Of a stretch of DNA of 64,000 nucleotides, positions 53,585 to 64,000 are shown piece by piece. The notes under the pieces were generated by a model that saw only the letters and a list, made by a program, of their open reading frames with translations, was not told where the DNA came from and made no database searches. Position numbers and translations under genes: made by a program. Within the stretch, counting starts at the first letter, position 1, and the number at the start of each line of letters is the position of its first letter. This stretch comes from Octopus sinensis (taxonomy: Eukaryota), in assembly GCF_006345805.1 (NCBI RefSeq), contig NC_043005.1, positions 7,626,001 to 7,690,000 on the forward strand, given 5' to 3'.

Positions 53585-54152
53585 ATTAGGGTTCAGCTAA
53601 CTGCTTCACCGCATACCGAAATTAGAAATAGGAGTTAAAAATTCCTTTTCTACTATTATAAGAATCTCCATGACGGTAAAACATACTTTTTTACGAAGGC
53701 AAAGAAAAAACAATGAATGAACACGACCAGGATTAACTATATACGCGTTTTGAGATTAAAGTAATTTAAATTTTACTTACTTCTCTCTTCAGTATAATAT
53801 TTCCAATTTTTATAAAATTTGAAAGTGCTATGGCTGGATATGTACACAATCGAGCGTTATAATGTAACAGACATCCAACCAACACTTCCAAAATTTACAG
53901 AGCCGAATGTGAATACACTATTCAAACTCTATACCCACGTGTATGCTACGAGCAATACCGCGGTATTCTATCATGGAGTAAACTATAATTTTAAACTAAT
54001 AACAGAAGGGTAAAATTAATTAATTAAATTAATTAATTAATCAATTAATTAACAATTTTACCAAGTAAATCGGTACGTTTAAATAACCTTTATAGGTAAA
54101 ATTATCCACATAATTATAATTAGGGTTCAGCTAACTGCTTCACCGCATACCG
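53581..54152 (-). mobile_element. PLE pseudo-LTR / retrozyme-like unit with terminal direct repeat and degenerate hammerhead (53738-53796)
   Basis: tataattagggttcagctaactgcttcaccgcataccg repeated ~535 bp apart; tata-CTGAAGA-gaga...tctc-AAAA-cgcg-TA-tata. Confidence 0.6.
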
Positions 54153-57100
54153 TTGTTTGCATATTCAATTTATTTGCTTTCGTATTTCATGTTGTTTGCT
54201 GTTTGTGACGTCCTGTACCCATATATGGTTATATATATATATATATATATACATACATATATATATTATTTATATTATTATTTGATTGAACGCCACGCAT
54301 CCATTTCCAAGTAAGTTTATATATATATGTACCTACTTCCTTCATAACAACTGCGGTATGATCCAGGGTTGGGGATGCCAAAATCTTCAGTGATGAATTC
54401 TTCTGTTATACAGGGTAAATGAGGTGTGTGTGTGTGTGTGTGTGTGTGTTGGGGTCATGCCTCGTTGGTCGTTGAAATATAATTCTTCATAAAGTATGTG
54501 TAAGATTCGAACTATTGTTCTGTTAAATTACACTATTTAAATGTGATCCCGTTTCCTTCACGATCTATGATTTGTTGGATATGCCTTGTGCATATTCTAT
54601 AAACATTTTATTAGAAATGTTTTTCTTGTGAATGGTTGTGAATATCAATTCGTTTAGATGGAGGGCTACTTCCACCTCACAAGTCATTGCTTTTTCATAA
54701 AAGATGGGTTCTTTCTCAGTGGAGAGTTTTCATTCTTCGTTGATGTTTATTTTTGTATTTTTCTGTTGGGCTATTTTTAGTTTGTTTTTTTAAAGAAGTC
54801 TGCTCTTCCTCACTAGTCAGAGTTTTCATAAGCTAACGTTGAGAAATAGCGGTAATTTATCCTAAAAGAAACATCCAATACATTTTAAAAATAACGAACC
54901 GTTCCCCTGGTGCCTCTAAATATGGATATATAGTTGTATATTGGAGTTGAGGCTTCTTCATGCAAGAGTGTCCCTGATATCGAGGCCCACCTGCCGTGGT
55001 AGGAGGGCGCGATCAGGGGTGCCCGGAACAATTACACCTTTTACTCCCCCTTATAAATCCGGCTGTGTGTTGTGTGTTTGTTAATGTATCTCTCTGAGTG
55101 TACGTGTGCACATATGGGTAACCAGAAATTTCAGGCATTAGTTGTTTCAGTTGGTATATTAATGACCTAGTGTTGCCAACATCAGTGTATAGCCATCGCT
55201 TTACTTTTGTTTAAGGGAATTATGAATTCCTTATATAGCAAGGATTCATTCAAGAAACTCGTTTGTAATCTCTCAAACTCCCAACCTAATTATATACCTT
55301 TACATCTTTATTAACTGAATATTTCATTGTTCAATTCAAGACTAATATTGTAGAATTACAGACAATTCATCAGAGCAATTTCCAACATTAAATTAGCTCC
55401 TTAGTCTCCTCTTTACTTTCTATTGAGATTAACAATCTCCTCCACTGAAGTCTTGCTTTTTGTAGTAATTATAACCAGGACCAACCATTGGTTCAGAATC
55501 TGTCACGTGGCTAAAAACACACCAACCCATCATACCACCTCTCGCTCTATCCATCTCATTCCCGTCTATCGAAAAATAAAGTATTACGTCAACAGTTTTT
55601 TTTCTTTCTAAACGTCTCACTAACATTATCGATTATTGATATAGAATTGATTTTCTTTGAAACCGAAGAAAAGGAGAGGCGAAAATGGAGAAAAAAATAT
55701 CAATACATTGAATAGTCTTTATTAATTATTGGAATTATGCGTAATAACTCTTACTTGTTTGTCTCGTTTTTGTTATTTAATTTTCTTTTTTTCATTTCGG
55801 CAATGGCTTTGTTCTGTGGCATTGAAAAATGAAAGATTTATAGCATTTCTTCTGACATCAAAATAATTACTTTTTATAATATGCGAATTCTACGATGCAT
55901 ATTCGTGTATTTGATTCGGTTAATTACGCGGCTCCCATAGTCTTTTGCGGATGGGGGCATCTCGTTGCTTTCGCTTTTTATATCACATTTCAGCTTTATA
56001 ACAGCGTCTATTGACTCTCTAAAACTAACCCATACACACATTTTCCCACTTTAAGCATTGTCTTTGACATTTAAATTCGGTGCAAATTGCACTGCATTTT
56101 ATTTTAAAATTACTGATAACCGACCGAATATTTAATTCTAACAAAAACGATCTGTTTCCAAACATGAGTCGATTAAGAATTATCTAAATGTTTTCAGTTA
56201 TGAAAATTTATACCAAACATTTTACTTCTAAACTCCGATCAAAAAAGACTAGTTGTGGTTTAGGTCGGGTCAGCCTTGATAAATCAAAACTAAGAGGTAG
56301 AGAATTTCAGTCATAGCCTTTCTTTTTCTTTTTCAAGAATTGGGCATGTTATGATATTACATTATCTAATTATGCTTTTTAAGACTGTAGGATGTAGTTT
56401 GAAGGACATTTAGTTGATATTATTAACAAGGGTCGTAGGGGTTTACATCTGTACGAGTAGAAATAAACTTGAGAGTCAGTTGCAATCACTTCAGTTCGCG
56501 AACAGTATTAATAATTTCAGGATAGGTAAGTTGAAACATATATTATCTCCCTTTCTTAGGTTATTAAAGATTTACGAAATGACTTATTAGGTTATTAAAG
56601 ATTCACCCTAATACACTTGTACTCCTTAATTTTTTTTATTGGTTTCAGTCATAATTATGCGGCCATGCTGGAGCTTCGTTTCAAGGGCTTTTAGTCGATC
56701 ATGTCATCGCTAGTATTCATTTTAGTATGACTCTGTTTATGGAATAGGTAAATTTGATCTCTTTGAAAAAACAAAAAAACAAACAAAAAAACAAAAACAC
56801 ATACACCTTCCCCCACCCCCACAAAAGTATATATACTCTAAGGGCTTCTGCTCTCTTTTCGTCCACTAAATTTCTTCTACAAAGTATAGTTAACCTGAGA
56901 CTATAGTAACGAAACTGAGGGGTGAGACTGAACCCGGATCCGTGTAGACCGGAAGTGAAACATGTGGCTATACTTGTGCCTCTCACTTGCATGCATGAAA
57001 CCAATGCAATTTTAAGATATCACATAGTACAAAATTTGTGGTTCTCGTATTTTAAGTTTCAATCTCCTTGGTGCCGTTAAGTATTTCGCATAATTCCGCT

Positions 57101-57179
57101 TTGCCAAACCGTAACAAATATATTGTTATGTATTCTTTCAGATTTAGAATTATTTCTTATAAAAATTTATATAAGTAGA

Positions 57180-57888
57180 CTAGCAGTATCGCCCGGCGTT
57201 GCTCGGGTTTGTAAGGCAAATAACTATATAAGCATTTTTAGAGAGTTATTGCCAAAAAAATAGCAAAAAATGCATTAAAAATGGAAAAAAAATTATGGTA
57301 AATTTTTTTTTGAATCGTAGACTCATCGTAGACATTTTTAGAGAGTTACTTCCCTTATATAATAGCGAAAAAATGCATTAAAATAGGAAAAAAATGATGG
57401 TAAATTTTTTTTTGAATCGTAGACTCATCGTAGACATTTTTAGAGAGTTACTTCCCTTATATAATAGCGAAAAAATGCATTAAAATAGGAAAAAAATGAT
57501 GGTAAATTTTTTTTTGAATCGTAGACTCATCGTAGACATTTTTAGAGAGTTACTTCCCTTATATAATAGCGAAAAAATGCATTAAAATGGGAAAAAAAAT
57601 GATGGTAAATTTTTTTTTGAATCGTAGACTCATCGTAGACATTTTTAGAGAGTTACTTCCCTTATATAATAGCGAAAAAATGCATTAAAATAGGAAAAAA
57701 ATGATGGTAAATTTTTTTTTGAATCGTAGACTCATCGTAGACGCGCGCTAATACCCAGAAGGGCTCGATATGAATCACGACTATAAGATGCCCGCTTTTG
57801 GTTAAACTGCACCGCAAAATGTGGGAGTAGTTAGGAATCTAAATCGTAGGAGACAGACAGCACACAGCCTCACTTTTATATATAAAGA
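57180..57888 (-). mobile_element. Helitron family E with an internal ~102-bp tandem array
   Basis: TC/CTAG ends; unit gtagacatttttagagagttac...gactcatc repeated 4-5 times. Confidence 0.9.
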
Positions 57889-58169
57889 TTTATTCATAAT
57901 CTCTCTCTCTAGCCCTTTTTCTAACTTTGTATCATCAAATTATCACCATCCATCATGGCCATCGTTGTCGTCACCCCACCCATTATATTACTTGTATATA
58001 TATATATACATTATATTACCTTAATCGACCAAAGTGAGGGATGAACCACGGTTAGATTGAAATTCAGAAGTTAAAAAGGATTGTAACTTAAATATCTTTT
58101 TTAGATCGAGTTTCCTCGACCTGCACAGACGTTCCTCCAATAGTCCCTATCCTCCCTTGACAACTTCAA

Positions 58170-59070
58170 CTCGGTTACTGACAGGTCTCTGTCCATCACT
58201 AGTCTGTCAACGTATGTCGTAGCCGGTCGGCCTCTTCTCAGAGTAACATATCCCTGATGCATTCGTTCCTGGTCCGGGAGCAGTGCCCAGCAAAAGGGAG
58301 TCTCTTGTTCTGACCATCTCTGTTATCGCGGGGAAGGTCCCTGTAGAGGTCCCAGTACTGGTCACCCTTTTTTGCCCTTCGATATTCAGTGCGTGTCGGA
58401 GTATGCTGGTGTAGCATCCGTCGAGTTGTTCCTGCAAAGCTTTTCTCAGGGTCCAAGTTTCAGACTTATAAAGTAGCACACTTTCAACCGTGGCTTTGAA
58501 GAACATGATTTTTTATCTTCTTTCGAGCAATGGCTGCCAAATCTTGTCTAGTTTGCTTGATGGTATTTCAAGCTTGAGTGGAGGCGCAATGACCCAGTGG
58601 TTAGGGCAGCGGACTCGCGGTCATAGGATCGCGGTTTCGATTCCCAGACCGGGCGTTGTGAGTGTTTATTGAGCGAAAACACCTAAAACTCCACGAGGCT
58701 CCGGCAGGGGATGGTGGTGATCCCTGCTGTACTCTTTCACCACAACTTTCTCTCACTCTTACTTCCTGTTTCTGTTGTACCTGTATTTCAAAGGGCCGGC
58801 CTTGTCACTCTCTGTGTCACGCTGAATATCCCCGAGAACTACGTTAAGGGTACACGTATCTGTGGAGTGCTCAGCCACTTACACGTTAATTTCACGAGCA
58901 GGCTGTTCCGTTGATCGGATCAACCGGAACCCTCATCGTCGTAACCGACGGATTGCTTCCATTTCAAGCTTGGACCTTTCTTGTTTCGTGTTCTCTCTCT
59001 GCTGAGGATAATCATGCACTGAGATATTTGAAGTCTTCGACTTGTTTTATTCAAATTACACTACATTTAA
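58170..59070 (-). mobile_element. RTE LINE fragment interrupted by SINE C
   Basis: VEDFKYL...; FFKATVESVLLYKSETWTL..LDGCYTSILRHALNI; RLPFAGHCSR. Confidence 0.8.
58578..58960 (+). mobile_element. SINE family C
   Basis: TSD atttcaagcttg. Confidence 0.9.
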
Positions 59071-59080
59071 TCTCGCAGTC

Positions 59081-59492
59081 GGATCTTTTAGGTTTGAACG
59101 GCAGTTTTTTGTAACGGTGTCATATGAAATTGTCACCCATAATTATGACCCTAGTATCGATCTATTGCATTTCAATCTGTCTTAGGGTTAGGGGTGAGGG
59201 GAAGGGAATTTTTTTTTTCTTCACAAATGTAAATAAACCCAATCTGTTTCTTAAAGGAGGGACATATTCATACGGCACAGAATGTTGTTTACCTCGATGG
59301 ACGTCAGTGATTGGTTGAAATTGCAGAAATTGAAGAAAAACAACAACAAATATCTTACAAACTATAGTATTTTCTCAATAAAGCCAAGAGAAAAAGATGT
59401 TTTATAAACACATTCTACCAGTATACGAAGTTTAAATTTTTTTAGTTACCTAGAAATTACGTTAAAACCTGCCGTTCAAACCGAAAAGATCC
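59081..59492 (+). mobile_element. MITE family D
   Basis: TIRs present; no TSD visible; (TTAGGG)2. Confidence 0.88.
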
Positions 59493-60538
59493 CTATAATG
59501 TAGTACTGAAGTATATAACTGACGTTTAGTGTAGTATCTTAACATATGGTATCAAAATTTTTTATACAACAGATAATTTGTAAATCCCACTCAGAACTGT
59601 TTGCAATGCACTGAAGAAGGCCATAAACATCACAACATCGAATTATCCATGTATTAAGAGTTAAGATTTCATACCTATTAAAAAAATCCTTACATTTAAA
59701 TATATATGAAGTCTTTAGATATAGTTTTATCAATTGTGCCAGCCACAGCTCTCGTTATTTAAAAAACAAAAAAAAACAACAACTTTATTTCATGTATGAT
59801 AAAGTCATATTTCAAGAAAAAAAAACCCACAAAAAAAAAATAACGTATACATGAAACAAAACAAAGTAAACGTGAAAATGTTAAAAAGAAAAATCAACAT
59901 TCTAATATTCAATTTACTTTTTCTTTATTCGTTGATTTCGCTTTTCGTTTATCATTTGTTTTCCATTCATTTGATTTTGATATTTTAAAGAACATTTCAA
60001 ATGTGATGGATTTAAAGAGCAAATAAAATCAAATGAAATTAAATAAAATAAACTCGAAAGAATGAATGTCAGTCACTCTAAGAGTAAAACTACAATAAAA
60101 TCATTTCAATTTTGCTATAATTTTCTAGTAATTCGTTAAAAAAACTTTTCTTTCTTATTGAGTTAAACGCAGTCTTTTAGAAGTTAGACACTTCAGTTAA
60201 AAATCGTTAACTTTTATTCATCTCAGGTAGGTATGACCAGATGGTTAAAATTTCACTACTAGACAACATGGTTCTGGGTTCAATCCCACTGTGACATATT
60301 GGACTTGTATCTGTTATCATTATCTCGGAAGGCCAAATACATTGTAAGAATTTGGTAAATTTATTGTGTAAGTCTAGCATCGAGTTTTAAGACAAACTCA
60401 ATTATTATATAAAAGAAATTAAAACAATGCATACACATGATTTTTCTATGCTGTACATGACTTTGGATTTAAACTGGTGGAATGTGGGATATGTACAATT
60501 GTGAATATAGACTTTTGTAAAATTTTATATTGATGTCA

Positions 60539-60860
60539 GTGAGGGCGCGTGGCTTAGTGGTTAGGGCATTCGGCTCATGATCGTAAGGTTGCGAGTTCGA
60601 TTCCCGGCGACGCGTTGTGTCCTTAAACAAGACACTTTATTTCACGTTGCTCCAGTCCGCTCAGCTGGCAAAAATGAGTTGTACTTGTATTTCAAAGGGT
60701 CAGCCTTGTCACTCTCTGTGTCACGCTGATTATCCCCGAGAACTACGTTAAGGGTACACGTGTCTGTGGAATGCTCAGCCATTTGCACGTGAATTTCACG
60801 AGCAAGCTGTTCCGTTGATCGTATCAGCTGGGACCCTCGTCGTCGTAACTGGCGGAGTCT
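60539..60860 (+). mobile_element. SINE with family G head and family C 3' half
   Basis: G-type head and CORE, then ttgtatttcaaaggg...cgtcgtaac shared with family C. Confidence 0.8.
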
Positions 60861-61120
60861 TTTTTTTAATATTGATGTCAACAAAATAGGTGAAGGATTT
60901 TGCAAATGAGGCATAAATTCCAATCATATCCACAGGAGATGTGAGTTCGAGTCCCACGAGTGGCCTTCGACATTTCTTTCCGAAAAGAGTTTTTTAACCC
61001 AATATTTACATGCTTTTATTTATAGCTTTATATGTACTTCGAGTTCAAAACAAGAATTGTTCCACGCTGTCTCGAAAGTTTATAGATTATTATGAGATCA
61101 ACAAAATACACACACACACA

Positions 61121-61860
61121 CATGGTCGTCCCATAAAGTATGCGTTTTTTTTATATTTCTTTTATTTTTCAAAATTAAGATAAGTTAATTTTTAATCTAA
61201 AATATACACTCCTTCATTTTCTACAATGCTCTTCCATCTATCTGGTAGACTTGCAAGGCTCCTCTTCCAAAATTCACTTGTCCGTGACGAAAAATACTCT
61301 TCTAGAACTGTTCTGACCTCGTCTTCAGAATTCATATTTTTTCCGTCCAAATCATTTTGAAGACAGAGGAATAAATAATAATAAGATGGGACAATGTCCG
61401 GCGAATGTCGAGGGTGGGGCATCATTACTCATTCAAACTGCTCCAGCCTTTGGAATGTCATCTTCGCTGTATGTGAGCGAGCATTATCCTGATGGAAGAA
61501 CACCTTTCGTCTTGAAACCAAAGATGGTCGTTTTTCTTCAAGCGTTTTCTTCAAGATGCTTGCAGTAGATCTCCTTTGTTTTGGCTTGGGTTTAAAAGTT
61601 CAAAGTGGACTAAATTTTTCATATCCCACCAAACAGATAACAACATCTTACATAGGTGAAGACCTTCTTTAGCCTGGGGTGTCGGTCTTTCTCCTTTTCC
61701 TATCCACTGTCTTCGGCGCTTCACATTTTTGTAGAGAACCATTTCTCGTTATCAGTCACCATCCAGTCCAAAAAAGGTTCATTCGTGGGACATGACAGCA
61801 AAGAAGAGCACATATTCACTCTCTGTCTCTCTCGTTCACTCTTCTGGGTTCGAAGTCGTT
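61121..61860 (-). mobile_element. Mariner transposase C-terminal remnant with probable 3' TIR
   Basis: FLDWMVTDNEK..., LHLCKMLLSVWWD, PHPRHSPDIVPSYYYLF. Confidence 0.85.
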
Positions 61861-62281
61861 GATATATATATATATATATATATGCAGCTTATCTCTGGGT
61901 GGTGTCAGTAAATTGGCTTATGATTTCCATATTTGGTAATGCTGTTACTAAGGAATTCAGTTCTGAGAATTGTTTTTGATGTTACTGGCTCTGTAGTTGA
62001 GTTTTCAAGGCTCATTTTGAATTGGTAATTATACCAACCTCTACAGCTCTTCAATAGTATAGTACTTATCTTGAAACTGTTTTAACTCTTCTAAAACTTC
62101 TGCACTCATATTTTTCACTCACGTTTCACTGACCAGCTCCTCAATGTCCCTGACGACTGCTGGCACTATTTTTTCTTCAAATTTCTGTATGTCATTGCAA
62201 GCTTCTAACCATAACCTCTCCTAGACACTATGCATGTAGTGTCAGATGCGTCGTCTCAAGTTGCATTGGTATTAACCACAT

Positions 62282-62510
62282 CGGCGAGCTGGCAGATACG
62301 TTAGCGCGCCGGGCGAAATGCTTAGCAGTATTTCGTCTTTCGCTACGTTCTGAGTTCAAATTTCGCCGAGGTCGACTTTGCCTTTCATCCTTTCGGGGTC
62401 GATTAAATAAGTACCAGTTACGCACTGGGGTCGATATAATCGACTTAATCCGTTTGTCTGTCCTTGTTTGTCCCCTCTGTGTGTAGCCCCTTGTGGGTAG
62501 TAAAGAAATA
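62282..62510 (+). mobile_element. SINE family B
   Basis: TSD ggtattaacca. Confidence 0.9.
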
Positions 62511-62599
62511 GGTATTAACCATATTTACTGACCTTTGACAAAAAAGATTCCAAAGCAATTTATTAAATCAGTTTGTTAAAACTAGCCAATCAAATATTG

Positions 62600-63830
62600 A
62601 TATGTATTCTAAAAAATTGGATAGAGCATCTCACGGATATAGTGATTACTTTGTGATCACACTAATTGTCAACATGTAGAATGGTTCACCGTCTTCACAA
62701 GATTGGAGAAGCAATACTGATTTCCCCGAACGAGGGAGAGATGCCAAGACAGGCCGTATTAGCTTTCCTTGTAACAGTTGATAAGGTTTTTATTGAATCG
62801 TATGCAGACACATATATGTCCAATCTTATCTCAGACTCTTAATGTAGATTCAAATCTGGCAGAGGCACTACAGATATGATCTATCGTGACAGACATTCGC
62901 AAAAGAAATGTATAGAGAAGAGATTTATCAAACGAAAGCTTTTGATATGATATGGTGAGTAGAAATGAGCTGTGGAGAATCATGTAAAATTTGGGATGTT
63001 CACTTATATTTGTTAATTCGTTTGTCCTACGACACACTGGCTTGAAGGGCTCTTCAAATCAAATAGTGCTCTGTAGGAATCACGTGGAAAATAGTGTCAT
63101 CTTTATTTTTCACACACTTTGCAGTCGTGAATTTTCGGGCAGTTAAGGACTGTTATCTAAGCATTTTTGTCTGCTATCACACAAGGTAACTCTTTAATCT
63201 GAATCGTTTCAAAAAGCAAAATTGAAAAGTTTTATAACCCTGGTTTGCTGATGATTATGACCTAGAAAAAAATATTAAAAAGATAATGAATCTCTTCTCC
63301 AGAGACTTAAACAAGCTTCAAGAAAACTAAGGTGATGTTTGTACCAGTTCCAGGAGGACCGTATGTGGAACCAAATGTACTTGTGTAAGGGACTAGACTT
63401 GATGTAGAAGATTCTTTTGCGTACTCTTGCAGCTCTTTCTCCAGGAATGGCTGCTTAGATTATGAGATCAGTTTGAGGAGTGAGGAGGCCACAAGTGCGT
63501 TCGGTACAATATAGAATCGTGTCTTGTCGACAGGGAGTTGAAACGTTCTGCTAAACTTTACATCAATTGATGCTTGCACCATTACGTCCCTTTTCATGTA
63601 TCGATGATACATGATAGATCAAAATACTTGATAGGTTTTACCAGAAGTCTCTAAAGCGTGTACTAAGCATCACTGAAAGTCTTATACACCTGATACAGAA
63701 CTTCCGGAAAAGTATGATGTCTTGATAGGGAAGCTTAACTCATCATGTGCCGTATGCGATGTTTGAACAGAAGCGAATAGCGGTCTATTAGTAGAAGCAG
63801 TAGTGAGACGTAACTCGAAAGCTGTAACAG
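62600..63830 (+). mobile_element. RTE/BovB-type LINE RT remnant
   Basis: RGTTDMIY..QKKCIEK, KAFD, VSRNELWRIM..LGC, FADD, VEDSFAYS; heavily decayed. Confidence 0.7.
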
Positions 63831-64000
63831 ATTGAGGCCATGTAGGGTAGGGGCCTGATAGATAATCTCTCTCCTGCACAGTTTGTTTTCGGGTTATATT
63901 TCAAAAGATGGTTAGGAGAAATATAAAAAGATCGTACATCATGAAACAAATACGGGATACCCACAATCCGTTTATATACGTACACCCCACCTGAGAAATT

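Noticed and set aside
60905-60968. tRNA-like B box gagttcgagtccc
   Set aside because: No convincing A box or acceptor stem.

Overview
Repeat-dense, AT-rich eukaryotic DNA, most likely from an octopus (coleoid cephalopod). This inference rests on an effector-less C2H2 zinc-finger array, tRNA-derived SINE families, TTAGGG repeats and abundant microsatellites. Only one intact protein-coding ORF is supported: a 17-finger C2H2 zinc-finger gene at 282-1862 (-). A decayed C2H2 pseudogene lies at about 19.1-20.2 kb. The rest is mobile DNA: several SINE families (many with TSDs), non-autonomous Helitrons, MITEs, mariner remnants, RTE/CR1/L2/R4 LINE fragments and Penelope-like elements (PLEs). Three things stand out. 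(1) A 2.6-kb array of about 114 23-bp units, most carrying a consensus TCF/LEF site (AGATCAAAG) preceded by an RCCG helper-like motif and often followed by a TEAD motif (AGGAATG); the array sits between a SINE head and an RTE tail. (2) Many hammerhead-ribozyme-like motifs in PLE fold-backs next to (TA)n tracts. (3) A MITE family carrying telomeric repeats, one copy of which is flanked by a ~207-bp duplication. Family names A-G are my own labels, and coordinates of decayed elements are approximate.
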